From Phenylobacterium aquaticum (GTDB lineage Bacteria; Pseudomonadota; Alphaproteobacteria; Caulobacterales; Caulobacteraceae): a DNA stretch of 64,000 bases. Position 1 is the first letter of the stretch. Each line of letters begins with the position of its first letter. Positions 21,951-31,470 of the stretch are shown one piece after another. The notes below the pieces were generated by a model. The model had not been told where the DNA came from. It did no database searches and was given only the letters and a program-made list of their open reading frames with translations. Location: positions 957 through 64,956 of the forward strand of contig NZ_CANCLE010000003.1 in assembly GCF_947378715.1 (NCBI RefSeq). The letters are read 5' to 3'. The position numbers and the translations under genes were made by a program.

Positions 21951-22395
21951 GGTCCCTCCAGGCGCCATGGGGCACGAGCCGCGCCCGGCGCGCCTCCCCG
22001 TCGAGCGCTATGTCTATATCAAGTCGGTCAGCCGGCAGCTGGCCTTCCAGCCTCTGTGGCCATTCGATCAGGGCCGCGCCGTCCTCCAGCGCCTCATCCA
22101 GGCCGATCTCATAGGCCTCGTCCGGCGAGGTCAAACGGTAGAGGTCGAAATGGGCGACCGGGAAGTCGGGCCCCTCATAGAACTGCACCAGGGTGAAGGT
22201 CGGGCTGGGCACGTCCTCGTCCGGGGTGGTCAAGGCCCGGATCAGGGCCCGGGCCAGGGTCGACTTGCCGGCCCCCAGCGGGCCCGACAGGCAGATGGCC
22301 GAGCCGGGCCGCAGCGCCTGCGCCAGGGCCACGCCCAGGGCCTGGGTCGCGGCCTCGTCGGCGAGGCGCAACTCGAGGGGGGCGGCGGCGGTCAT
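21934..22395 (-). CDS. tsaE: tRNA threonylcarbamoyladenosine biosynthesis ATPase
   Basis: GPLGAGKS, VPSPTFTLVQ.Y, HFDLYRL, IEWP. Confidence 0.95.
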   Translation of the reverse strand: MTAAAPLELRLADEAATQALGVALAQALRPGSAICLSGPLGAGKSTLARALIRALTTPDEDVPSPTFTLVQFYEGPDFPVAHFDLYRLTSPDEAYEIGLDEALEDGAALIEWPQRLEGQLPADRLDIDIALDGEARRARLVPHGAWRDLEFGS

Positions 22396-22486
22396 GGGCT
22401 GAACATGCCCTCGGCGCCGGGGGCGGGGCAAGGGGCGCCGCCAAGCCCGCGATTGAGAAATGCCGCCGTCCGGGTTAGGCGGAGCC

Positions 22487-23602
22487 ATGGCCTCCCCGCT
22501 CAACGCCGCCTACCAGGCCCGACTGGCCGCCGGCGCGCTCCGTCCCGATCCCGCCCAGGCCGAGGGCCTGAAGGCGCTGGCGCGTCTGGAGGACGACCTG
22601 GGCCAGGCCGAGCCGTCGGGCTTTTCCGCCTTCTTCCGCAAGCCCGAGGGCCAGAGGGGGGTCTATCTCTGGGGGCCGGTCGGGCGCGGCAAGTCCATGC
22701 TGATGGACCTGTTCTTCGAGACGGCGCCCGTGGCCAAGAAGCGCCGCGTCCACTTCCACGTGTTCATGGGCGAGGTGCACCGGCTGATCGACGCCTGGCG
22801 CAAGGGCGACGCGGCCGAGCGCAAGGCCCGGTTCGGCCAGCACAAGGGCGACGATCCCATCGTCCCGGTGGCCGATGTGGTGATCGCCCAGGCCCGGCTC
22901 ATCTGCTTCGACGAGTTCCAGGTCACCGACATCGCCGACGCCATGATCCTGGGGCGGCTGTTCGAGGCCCTGTTCGCCCGGGGCCTGACCCTGGTGGCGA
23001 CCTCCAACCGGGTTCCGGACGAGCTCTATAAGAACGGCATCAACCGCCAGCTGTTCACGCCGTTCATCGACCTGCTGAAAGCCCGGATGGAAGTGGTGAG
23101 CGTGGCCGGCGGCCATGACTATCGCCTCGACCGGCTGCGGGCGGCGGGCACATGGTTCTCGCCCTCCGACCCGGACAACCAGCGCAGCTTCCTGGGGCTG
23201 TGGCGCGACCTGCTGGACGGGGCCGAGGAGATCGGCGAGACGGTCGAGGTGCTGGGCCGCAAGATCCACCTGCCCCACGCGGCCGGCGGCCTGGTGCGAG
23301 CGAGCTTCATGAGCCTCTGCGCCGTGGCGCTCGGCCCCAACGACTATGTGGCGATCGCCGGCCGGTTCCACACCCTCTTCCTGGAGGACCTGCCGAGGCT
23401 GACCGCCAATCGGCGGGAGGAGGCCAGGCGCTTGGTGATCCTGATCGACGCCCTCTACGAGGCGAGGACCAAGCTGATCGTCCTGGCCGAGGCCGAGCCC
23501 GACAAGCTCTATCCGGAAGGCGACGGCGCTTTCGAGTTCGAGCGCACCGCCTCGCGCCTGCAGGAAATGCGTTCGGCGGACTGGCTGGCGGAGACGGAGT
23601 AG
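22487..23602 (+). CDS. zapE: AFG1/ZapE-family ATPase
   Basis: YLWGPVGRGKSMLMD, RVHFH, CFDEFQVTDIADAMIL, TSNR.P.ELY, RTASRLQEM. Confidence 0.93.
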   Translation: MASPLNAAYQARLAAGALRPDPAQAEGLKALARLEDDLGQAEPSGFSAFFRKPEGQRGVYLWGPVGRGKSMLMDLFFETAPVAKKRRVHFHVFMGEVHRLIDAWRKGDAAERKARFGQHKGDDPIVPVADVVIAQARLICFDEFQVTDIADAMILGRLFEALFARGLTLVATSNRVPDELYKNGINRQLFTPFIDLLKARMEVVSVAGGHDYRLDRLRAAGTWFSPSDPDNQRSFLGLWRDLLDGAEEIGETVEVLGRKIHLPHAAGGLVRASFMSLCAVALGPNDYVAIAGRFHTLFLEDLPRLTANRREEARRLVILIDALYEARTKLIVLAEAEPDKLYPEGDGAFEFERTASRLQEMRSADWLAETE

Positions 23603-23605
23603 GGG

Positions 23606-24754
23606 TCAGGCGACCGCCAGCTTCTCCCGCGCATAATAGCCGCGCAGCAGCATCAGGGTGGTCACCGCGCCGGCGAGGCAGAGCAGCAGGGCGGCCTGCA
23701 GCGGTACGCCCAGGGCCAGCAGGCCGGCGGCGGCCAGGCAGCCTGAGCCGCAGCCCATGTCGAAGGCGCCCTCGGTGGCCATGTGGAACCGGAGCGAACA
23801 GGGCGAGGCCTTGGCCAGGTTGTAGACGGCGGTCATCATGGTCGGGGTCGACAGGCAGGTGACCAGGGCCCCCAGGGCGTTGGCGGTGAGCGCCAGGGCC
23901 GGGGTTGTCGCCCCCGCCCGCGCCAATATGGTGACGGCCAGCACGGCGAAGGCCAGCCAGACCGCGCGGCCGCCATGGCCGGCGTCGATGTGGCGGCCCA
24001 GCAGCAGGCCTGCGACAGCGCCGACCAGGGCCGCCAACGCCATCGCCCCGCCAAAGGCCGCAAAGCTTTCCCGCAGGGTGACGAACAGGGCGATCTGCCA
24101 GAGGAAGAAGGTTCCGGACGCCGTCCAGCCGTCGGCGGCGAACAGGGCCGCACCCAGCCGCGAGGCCCGCAGGGCGCCCGGAGCCTCGGCCAGAACCGGC
24201 ACATCCGGGGCCTTGAGGAGCGGAAAGGCCGAGGCCAGTTGCACGGCGCCGGCCGCGCCGAAGGCGGCGACGGGCCCCAGCGTGACCAGGGCCCAGCCGC
24301 CCAGCACAGGGCCGACAATGCCGACGGCCTGGGCCAGGGCTTCGCGGGCGCTGATCTGGTGGCCGCGATGTTCGGCGTCGCCGAGGGCGGCGAAATAGGC
24401 GTGGTAGCTGGTCCAGTAGAGGGTCTCGCCGATCGAAGAGACCGTGCACATGGCGACCAGCATCAGGTCCAGTCCGTGGACCTGGGCGAGCAGCGGATAT
24501 TGCGCGGCGGTGATCGCGGCTCCGGCGATGACCACGCGCCTCAGCCCGAACCGCTTGGCGATCGGCAGGATCAGCGGGCGGATCAGGAAGCGCCCGGCCA
24601 GGATCGCGGCCATGGAGGCCAGGGCCTCGGCCGGGGACAGGCCGGCCTTGAGCAGGAACACGGTCAGGAACACGCCGCCGCCGCTCATGGCCAGGGCGTG
24701 CAGGCCATAGTGCAGGTTCAGGCGGTTGACGGTGCGATTGCCCAGATAGGCCAA
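23606..24754 (-). CDS. MFS-type transporter, substrate unknown
   Basis: About 12 hydrophobic segments; motif A-like loops (IAKRFGLRR; GRHIDAGHG); TTG start. Confidence 0.75.
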   Translation of the reverse strand: MAYLGNRTVNRLNLHYGLHALAMSGGGVFLTVFLLKAGLSPAEALASMAAILAGRFLIRPLILPIAKRFGLRRVVIAGAAITAAQYPLLAQVHGLDLMLVAMCTVSSIGETLYWTSYHAYFAALGDAEHRGHQISAREALAQAVGIVGPVLGGWALVTLGPVAAFGAAGAVQLASAFPLLKAPDVPVLAEAPGALRASRLGAALFAADGWTASGTFFLWQIALFVTLRESFAAFGGAMALAALVGAVAGLLLGRHIDAGHGGRAVWLAFAVLAVTILARAGATTPALALTANALGALVTCLSTPTMMTAVYNLAKASPCSLRFHMATEGAFDMGCGSGCLAAAGLLALGVPLQAALLLCLAGAVTTLMLLRGYYAREKLAVA

Positions 24755-24818
24755 GGCGGATCTCCAGCGTCGCCGAAGGTCGCCGCGCGGCCCTGCATAG
24801 ACCGCGTGGCGGGGGCGC

Positions 24819-25703
24819 TCAACCGGCCCTCAGGCTCTCCACCAGGTCGCGGGCGAAGGGTCGCAGGGCCTCGAGATTGCGGACGCAGATCGTCAGCTCG
24901 CGCACCGCCCAATCGTCGTTCAGCTCGACGACGCTCAAGCCCACCGTAGCGGCGACGCGCGCGGCGGTGGTGTGGGGCACGATGCCGATGCCGACGCCCG
25001 CCTCCACCAGCCGGCAGACGGCGTCGAAGCTGCGCAGCTGCACGCGCAGGATCAGGCCGCGCCCCAGCCGCGCCGCCTTGCCGGCCAGGAAGCGCTGCAG
25101 AGCGCTGGACCGGTCCAGCCCCACGAAATCGAAGCCCAGCACCTGGGCGAAGTCGACCCGCGCCTGGTCGGCCAGGGGGTGGCCCTTGGGCGTCACCACC
25201 ACGAAGCGGTCTGAGCGGAAGGGATAGGTCTCCAGCGGGCCCACATCCACCGTGCCGGCGACGATGCCGATATCGGCGACGCCCTCGGCGATCAGCCCGA
25301 CGATCTCGTCGGACAGGCGCTCTTCCAGATCGATGCGGACATTGGGATGCTTGGCCAGGAAGCCGGACAGGGCCTCGGGCAGGAATTCGGTGGAGGCGTT
25401 GGTGTTGGCCAGGATCCGCACCTCGCCGGAGACCCCCTTGGTGTAGGCGTCGAGATCCTCGCGCAGGCGCGCGGCCTGCTCCAGCATGGTGCGGGCGTGC
25501 TTGACGAGGGTGAGTCCGGCGGCGGTGGGCTTGACCCCTGTGCGGCTGCGGACCAGGAGCTCGACGCCTATGGCCTGCTCCATTCCCCGGATGCGGGTGG
25601 AGGCGGCCGCCAGGGCCAGGGCCGCGCGCTGGGCGCCGGCGGTGATCGAGCCGGCGTCCACCACGTCGCAGAATAGCTTCATATCGATCAGGTCGAACTT
25701 CAT
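24819..25703 (-). CDS. LysR-family regulator
   Basis: MKFDLIDMKLF..V...GSITAGA...ASTRIRGME HTH plus LysR substrate-binding domain. Confidence 0.93.
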   Translation of the reverse strand: MKFDLIDMKLFCDVVDAGSITAGAQRAALALAAASTRIRGMEQAIGVELLVRSRTGVKPTAAGLTLVKHARTMLEQAARLREDLDAYTKGVSGEVRILANTNASTEFLPEALSGFLAKHPNVRIDLEERLSDEIVGLIAEGVADIGIVAGTVDVGPLETYPFRSDRFVVVTPKGHPLADQARVDFAQVLGFDFVGLDRSSALQRFLAGKAARLGRGLILRVQLRSFDAVCRLVEAGVGIGIVPHTTAARVAATVGLSVVELNDDWAVRELTICVRNLEALRPFARDLVESLRAG

Positions 25704-25785
25704 CCTTCGCCTTTCGCGAAGGAAAACTATCGCAATCGCGCATTGCGTCTAGCCAAACTCGCGGACAGGTTTCGCCAATAGCGAA
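25704..25785. promoter_or_regulatory. Putative LysR operators (two TTCGC-N5-GCGAA plus CGCAAT-N5-ATTGCG)
   Basis: CCTTCGC-ctttc-GCGAAGG at 25704-25722 and TTCGC-caata-GCGAA at 25771-25785 both fit T-N11-A; third palindrome at 25731-25747. Confidence 0.65.
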
Positions 25786-25807
25786 TGCTGGTCATTTGGA
25801 GGCCGCG

Positions 25808-26119
25808 ATGCCAACCTTTGTCGTGGAGCGGACGATCCCTGCGCTGATGCGGGTTGCGGATCGCGACAACGTCGCCCTGCACTGCCGCTGGGCAAGGGAC
25901 GCCTATCATCAGGTCGGCGCGTCCTGGTTGGGCGGCGTGATCACCGAGGATCGCATGTTCAGTCTGGTGGTCGCCGAGCAGGCTGAGGACTTGCGGGCCT
26001 TTGCGCGCGGCCTGCGAATCGCCGACCAGGACATCACCCTGCGTCAGGTGGTCCAGCCGCTCGGTCCTTTTCTCGCCTTGCCCCTCGACGATCCGCAGTA
26101 TCGCCCACCCCTTCGTTGA
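25808..26119 (+). CDS. Small DUF4242-like (SCO4226-type) protein
   Basis: MPTFVVERTIP N-terminus, W....V.EDR.F....A pattern; GGAGG RBS; family call from recognition only. Confidence 0.6.
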   Translation: MPTFVVERTIPALMRVADRDNVALHCRWARDAYHQVGASWLGGVITEDRMFSLVVAEQAEDLRAFARGLRIADQDITLRQVVQPLGPFLALPLDDPQYRPPLR

Positions 26120-26143
26120 CACCCCCGGGACGCGGCTTAAAAG
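26116..26143 (+). promoter_or_regulatory. Sigma70-type promoter of sdhCDAB
   Basis: TTGACA-N16-TAAAAG, about 30 nt upstream of the sdhC ATG. Confidence 0.55.
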
Positions 26144-26175
26144 CGGAGCCGCTTCGTCCCTATCGGAACGCCATC

Positions 26176-26622
26176 ATGACCGACGCCTCCGGCGCGCCCC
26201 GCGAACGTCCCAAGTCCCCACATCTGATGACTGGGGGCTTCGGCTCTCCGCTGCTGTGGCGCTGGCACATCACCATGTTCACCTCGATCGCCCACCGGGC
26301 CACCGGGGTTGCGCTCTATCTCGGCGCCCTGATGCTGGCGGGCTGGGCCGTGGCCCTGGCGACCTCGCTGGGCGAGACCGACCACAAGACCTATGTCGAC
26401 TACATGGCGCTCCTGGGCTCGCCGCTGGGCAAGCTGGTGCTGTTCGGCCTGACCCTGTCGGTCTTCTATCACCTGGCCAACGGCGTCCGGCACCTGATGT
26501 GGGATTCAGGCCAGGGCCTCGACATCAAGTCCGCCAATTTCACCGCCGTCGCGGCGATCGCCTTCTCCATCGCCGCCACCCTGGCGGTCTGGGGCATCGC
26601 CGCCATGACCGGAGCGCTCTGA
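26176..26622 (+). CDS. sdhC: Succinate dehydrogenase cytochrome b556 subunit
   Basis: RP.SPHL, SIAHRATG, YHLANGVRHL.WD.G. Confidence 0.95.
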   Translation: MTDASGAPRERPKSPHLMTGGFGSPLLWRWHITMFTSIAHRATGVALYLGALMLAGWAVALATSLGETDHKTYVDYMALLGSPLGKLVLFGLTLSVFYHLANGVRHLMWDSGQGLDIKSANFTAVAAIAFSIAATLAVWGIAAMTGAL

Positions 26623-26624
26623 TC

Positions 26625-27017
26625 ATGAGCACTGAATTCCGCACCCCGCTCTCCCGCGCCCGCGGCCTGGGCTCGGCCAAGCATGGCGCCGCTCACTGGA
26701 TCGCCGAGCGCGTCAGCGCCCTGGCCCTGATCCCCCTGGTGCTGTGGGCCGTGTTCGGCGTGATCCGCCTGGCCCGCGCCGATTTCGACACCGCCGTGGC
26801 CTGGCTGGCCAGCCCGGTCAACGCGGTCCTGATGGTCCTGCTGGTGCTGGTGGCCTTCTGGCACATGCAGACCGGCGTCCGGGTGATCATCGAGGACTAT
26901 ATCCACAAGCTGCTGACCAAGTCGGTGCTGCTGCTCGCCAACCTGTTCATCGTGTCGCTGGCCGGGGCCCTGGCCATCTTCTCCATCCTCAAGGTCGCGC
27001 TGGGAGGCGCACTCTGA
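26625..27017 (+). CDS. sdhD: Succinate dehydrogenase membrane anchor
   Basis: [30 protein letters not shown]...[13 protein letters not shown]. Confidence 0.95.
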   Translation: MSTEFRTPLSRARGLGSAKHGAAHWIAERVSALALIPLVLWAVFGVIRLARADFDTAVAWLASPVNAVLMVLLVLVAFWHMQTGVRVIIEDYIHKLLTKSVLLLANLFIVSLAGALAIFSILKVALGGAL

Positions 27018-27021
27018 TCCC

Positions 27022-28809
27022 ATGGCGACCTATCAATTCATCGACCACAAGTTCGACGTCGTCGTGGTGGGCGCGGGCGGTTCGGGCCTGCGCGCTGCGC
27101 TCGGCTGCGCCCAGGCCGGCCTGAAGACCGCCTGCATCTCCAAGGTCTTCCCGACCCGCTCGCACACCGTGGCGGCCCAGGGCGGCATCTCCGCCAGCCT
27201 TGGCAATATGAGCCAGGATGACTGGCGCTGGCACATGTACGACACCGTCAAGGGGTCGGACTGGCTGGGCGACCAGGACGCCATCGAATATCTCTGCCGC
27301 AACGCGCCGGCCGCCGTGTACGAGCTGGAGCACTGGGGCGTGCCCTTCAGCCGCACGCCGGAAGGCAAGATCTATCAGCGCGCCTTCGGCGGCATGACCA
27401 AGAACTATGGCGAGGCCCCGATCCAGCGCACCTGCGCGGCGGCGGACCGCACCGGCCACGCCATGCTGCACACCATGTACGGCCAGGCCCTGGCCCAGGA
27501 CACCGAGTTCTTCATCGAGTATTTCGCCCTCGACCTGATCATGGACGAAGGCGTCTGCCGGGGCGTCACCGCCTGGAAGCTGGATGACGGCACCCTGCAC
27601 CGGTTCCAGGCCCAGATGGTGATCCTGGCCACCGGCGGCTATGGCCGCGCCTATTTCTCGGCGACCAGCGCCCACACCTGCACCGGCGACGGCGGCGGCA
27701 TGACGCTGCGCGCCGGCCTGCCCCTGCAGGACATGGAGTTCGTGCAGTTCCACCCGACCGGCATCTATGGCGCCGGCTGCCTGATCACCGAGGGCGCCCG
27801 GGGCGAGGGCGGCTATCTGACCAATTCCGAGGGCGAACGCTTCATGGAGCGCTATGCGCCGACTGTGAAGGACCTGGCCCCGCGCGACATGGTCAGCCGG
27901 GCCATGACCATCGAGATCCGTGAAGGCCGCGGCGTGGGTCCGAAGAAGGACCACATCTTCCTGCACCTGGACCACCTTGACCCGAAGATCCTCGCCCAGC
28001 GCCTGCCTGGCATTTCGGAAAGCGCCAAGATCTTCGCCGGCGTCGACGTCACCAAGCAGCCGATCCCGGTCCTGCCGACCGTGCACTACAACATGGGCGG
28101 CATCCCCACGAACTTCTATTCGGAAGTGGTCACCCGCCTGGGCGACGATCCCGACAAGGTGGTGCCCGGCCTGATGGCGGTGGGCGAAGCCGCCTGCGTG
28201 TCGGTCCACGGCGCCAACCGCCTGGGCTCCAACTCGCTGATCGACCTGGTGGTGTTCGGCCGCTCGGCCGCCCTGCGCGCCGCCTCGGTGCTGAAGGCCG
28301 GCGCGACCCAGCCGGAACTCAAGCCGGCCATGACCGACGGTCACATCGCCCGCTTCGACAAGCTGCGCAACGCCAACGGCGCGACCAGCACCGCCTCGCT
28401 GCGGTTGGAGATGCAGCAGGTCATGCAGGAGGACGCTGCGGTGTTCCGCACCTCCGAAAGCCTCGCCTCGGGCGTCAAGCGCCTCGACGCTGTCATGGCC
28501 AAGCGCGGCGACCTCAAGGTCTCCGATCGCGGCCTGATCTGGAACACCGACCTGATGGAGACCCTGGAGTTCGAGAACCTGGTGGTTCAGGCCCAGGTGA
28601 CCGTGGTCGGCGCCGCCAACCGCACCGAGAGCCGGGGCGCCCACGCCCATGAGGACTTCCCGGACCGCAACGACAAAGAGTGGATGAAGCACACGCTCAC
28701 CTGGCTCGACGACGCGACCGGGGCGGTCAAGATCGACTACCGTCCGGTGCACGACTTCACCATGACCAACGAGGTCGCGCCCTTCCCGCCCAAGGCGCGG
28801 GTCTATTAG
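27022..28809 (+). CDS. sdhA: Succinate dehydrogenase flavoprotein
   Basis: [16 protein letters not shown] (covalent FAD His), [16 protein letters not shown]. Confidence 0.98.
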   Translation: MATYQFIDHKFDVVVVGAGGSGLRAALGCAQAGLKTACISKVFPTRSHTVAAQGGISASLGNMSQDDWRWHMYDTVKGSDWLGDQDAIEYLCRNAPAAVYELEHWGVPFSRTPEGKIYQRAFGGMTKNYGEAPIQRTCAAADRTGHAMLHTMYGQALAQDTEFFIEYFALDLIMDEGVCRGVTAWKLDDGTLHRFQAQMVILATGGYGRAYFSATSAHTCTGDGGGMTLRAGLPLQDMEFVQFHPTGIYGAGCLITEGARGEGGYLTNSEGERFMERYAPTVKDLAPRDMVSRAMTIEIREGRGVGPKKDHIFLHLDHLDPKILAQRLPGISESAKIFAGVDVTKQPIPVLPTVHYNMGGIPTNFYSEVVTRLGDDPDKVVPGLMAVGEAACVSVHGANRLGSNSLIDLVVFGRSAALRAASVLKAGATQPELKPAMTDGHIARFDKLRNANGATSTASLRLEMQQVMQEDAAVFRTSESLASGVKRLDAVMAKRGDLKVSDRGLIWNTDLMETLEFENLVVQAQVTVVGAANRTESRGAHAHEDFPDRNDKEWMKHTLTWLDDATGAVKIDYRPVHDFTMTNEVAPFPPKARVY

Positions 28810-28857
28810 GACCCGAGAGCCGAGCGTGATGGGAAAAGATTCCAAGGAAAGCGTCTG

Positions 28858-29640
28858 ATGGTCGAACTCGCCCTGCCGAAGAACTCCCGCGTCCAGAAGG
28901 GCCGTCATCACCCGGCCCCGGCCGGCGCCAAGAAGGTCAAGACCTTCAAGGTCTATCGCTATGATCCGGAACAGCCGGGCAATCCGCGCTGGGACACCTA
29001 TGACGTCGATATCGAGGCCTGCGGCCCGATGGTCCTGGATGTGCTGATCCACATCAAGAACGAGATCGACCCGACACTGGCCTTCCGCCGTTCCTGCCGC
29101 GAGGGGGTCTGCGGCTCCTGCGCCATGAACATCGGCGGCCGCAATACGCTGGCCTGCACCCACGGCCACGCGGAAATCCCGGGCAAGGAGTGCCAGATCG
29201 CACCCCTGCCCTCGATGCCGGTGGTCAAGGACCTGGTCCCCGACCTGACCATGTTCTACGCCCAGTACGCCTCGATCGAGCCCTGGCTGCACACCAAGAC
29301 CCCGGAGCCGCAGCAGGAGTGGCGCCAGTCGCCCGAGGACCGCGAGAAGCTCGACGGCCTCTATGAGTGCATTCTTTGCGCCTGCTGCACGACCTCGTGC
29401 CCCAGCTACTGGTGGAACGGCGAGAAGTACCTCGGCCCGGCCACGCTGCTGCACGCCTATCGCTGGCTGATCGACAGTCGCGACGAGGCCACCGGCGAGC
29501 GGCTGGACGCCTTGGAGGACCCCTTCAAGCTCTATCGCTGCCACACCATCATGAACTGCGCCCAGGTCTGTCCGAAGGGTCTGAACCCCGCCAAGGCCAT
29601 CGCCGAGGTGAAGAAGATGCTGGTGGACCGCGTCATCTGA
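28858..29640 (+). CDS. sdhB: Succinate dehydrogenase iron-sulfur subunit
   Basis: [34 protein letters not shown]. Confidence 0.98.
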   Translation: MVELALPKNSRVQKGRHHPAPAGAKKVKTFKVYRYDPEQPGNPRWDTYDVDIEACGPMVLDVLIHIKNEIDPTLAFRRSCREGVCGSCAMNIGGRNTLACTHGHAEIPGKECQIAPLPSMPVVKDLVPDLTMFYAQYASIEPWLHTKTPEPQQEWRQSPEDREKLDGLYECILCACCTTSCPSYWWNGEKYLGPATLLHAYRWLIDSRDEATGERLDALEDPFKLYRCHTIMNCAQVCPKGLNPAKAIAEVKKMLVDRVI

Positions 29641-29682
29641 TCGCGGTTCCTTCGGTTCGCGGCGATCCGAACGACGTTTGAC

Positions 29683-29705
29683 AAGTTGACGCCGCCGTCA
29701 CTTTT
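29683..29705. promoter_or_regulatory. Palindromic operator TGACG-ccgc-CGTCA (copy 1)
   Basis: AAGTTGACGCCGCCGTCACTTTT, ending 15 nt before the reductase ATG; 15-mer identical to 34907-34921. Confidence 0.7.
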
Positions 29706-29720
29706 CTGCATGGGGCTGTC

Positions 29721-30950
29721 ATGAGCTCGTCCGACGCGCACGTTGTGATCATCGGGGCGGGGCACGCCGGCGGAACCGCCGCGGCCCTGCTGCGGCAGTA
29801 TGGCTTCGCCGGACCCATCACCCTGGTGGGCGAAGAGCCGATTCCGCCCTATCAGCGGCCGCCGCTCTCCAAGGCCTGGCTGAAGGGCGAGGCCGACGCC
29901 GACTCCCTCGCGCTCAAGCCGTTGGAGTTCTACGCCGAGAACAACATCGACTTCCGGCCGAACCTCAAGGCCGTGAAGCTGGCGCGTTCGGACAAGATCG
30001 TGACGCTGTCCGACGGCGCGACCCTGACCTATGACTTTCTGATCCTCGCCACCGGCGCCCGGGCCATCAAGCTGCCGGTCGAGGGGGCGGACCTGAAGGG
30101 TTTGCTGGAGCTGCGCACGGCGGCCGACGCCGAGGCCCTGAAGGCGACGCTCGGCCCCGGCAAGCGGCTGGCCATTGTCGGCGGCGGCTATATCGGCCTG
30201 GAGGCGGCGGCCTCGGCCCGGTCGCTGGGCGCGGAGGCCGTGGTGCTGGAGCGCGAAACCCGCCTCCTGGCCCGGGTCGCCTGCGAGACCCTGTCGACCT
30301 TCTTCCAGGGCCGGCACGAGGCCCATGGGGTCAGGTTCGAGCTGGGCGCCTCGGTGGTCGGCTTCGAAGGCCGAGACGGCCACGTCACCGGGGTCAAGCT
30401 GGCCGACGGCCGGACCATCGCCTGCGACGCCGCCCTGATCGGCGTCGGCGCGGCGCCTAATGACGAGATCGCCAAGGACGCCGGTCTCGACTGCGCGCGC
30501 GGCATCGTCGTCGACCTGGAGGCCCGCACCTCCGACCCCTCGATCTTCGCGATCGGCGACGTGGCCCACCGGCCGATGCCGATCTATGACCGCATGTTCC
30601 GCATGGAAAGCGTGCCCAACGCCCTGGAACAGGCCAAGCAGGCGGCCAGCGCCATCACCGGCCGCCCGGCGCCGGCCGGCGAGACGCCCTGGCAGTGGTC
30701 CGACCAATATGATCTCAAGCTGCAGATCGCCGGCTACGCCTTCGACGCGGACGAGATCCTGCTGCGCGGCGATCCCGCGACCGGCAAGTTCGCCATCTTC
30801 CATTTGAAGGGCGATCTGGTTCAATCGGTGGAGGCGATCAATTCGCCGCCGGAATTCATGATGGGCCGCCAGCTCATCGGGGCCCGCAGGCCCGTCAACA
30901 AGGCGAAGCTTGCGGATACGACAGTTTCTATGAAAGAGGTCGCCGCGTAA
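29721..30950 (+). CDS. NAD(P)H:ferredoxin reductase (putidaredoxin-reductase type)
   Basis: GAGHAG, PYQRPPLSK, GGGYIGLE, AIGD, WSDQY. Confidence 0.93.
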   Translation: MSSSDAHVVIIGAGHAGGTAAALLRQYGFAGPITLVGEEPIPPYQRPPLSKAWLKGEADADSLALKPLEFYAENNIDFRPNLKAVKLARSDKIVTLSDGATLTYDFLILATGARAIKLPVEGADLKGLLELRTAADAEALKATLGPGKRLAIVGGGYIGLEAAASARSLGAEAVVLERETRLLARVACETLSTFFQGRHEAHGVRFELGASVVGFEGRDGHVTGVKLADGRTIACDAALIGVGAAPNDEIAKDAGLDCARGIVVDLEARTSDPSIFAIGDVAHRPMPIYDRMFRMESVPNALEQAKQAASAITGRPAPAGETPWQWSDQYDLKLQIAGYAFDADEILLRGDPATGKFAIFHLKGDLVQSVEAINSPPEFMMGRQLIGARRPVNKAKLADTTVSMKEVAA

Positions 30951-31292
<342 letters not shown>

Positions 31293-31303
31293 GATAGAGC
31301 GCC

Positions 31304-31466
31304 CTCCCTCCCCTTCCCCCGGGGCGCGTCGCTAAGCGACCCGCCCAAGGGCAGGCATGGGGAGGGTGGATCGCGCATCAGCGCGAGACGGGTGGGGGGC
31401 TGCGAGGTCATCGCGCCCCACCCTCTCCGCTACGCGGCCTGTCCCTCCCCATGAAAGGGAGGGAGA
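31304..31466. repeat. Intergenic palindromic repeat (REP/CIR-like) with nested 40-bp insertion
   Basis: Arms CATGGGGAGGG (31356-66)/CCCTCCCCATG (31443-53), inner GGGTGGGG/CCCCACCC, outer CTCCCTCCC/GGGAGGGAG; sits between convergent fdx and divL. Confidence 0.75.
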
Positions 31467-31470
31467 CCGT

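Noticed and set aside
26989..29544. 851-aa minus-strand ORF and similar long antisense ORFs (2770-4407, 9897-11669, 29532-31289, 37681-39918, 40136-41980, 50492-51991, 52923-54491)
   Set aside because: Shadow frames of real genes caused by high GC3; no motifs or RBS.
29646..29658. GTTC-N5-GTTC as an SOS box
   Set aside because: Spacer is 5, not the required 7.
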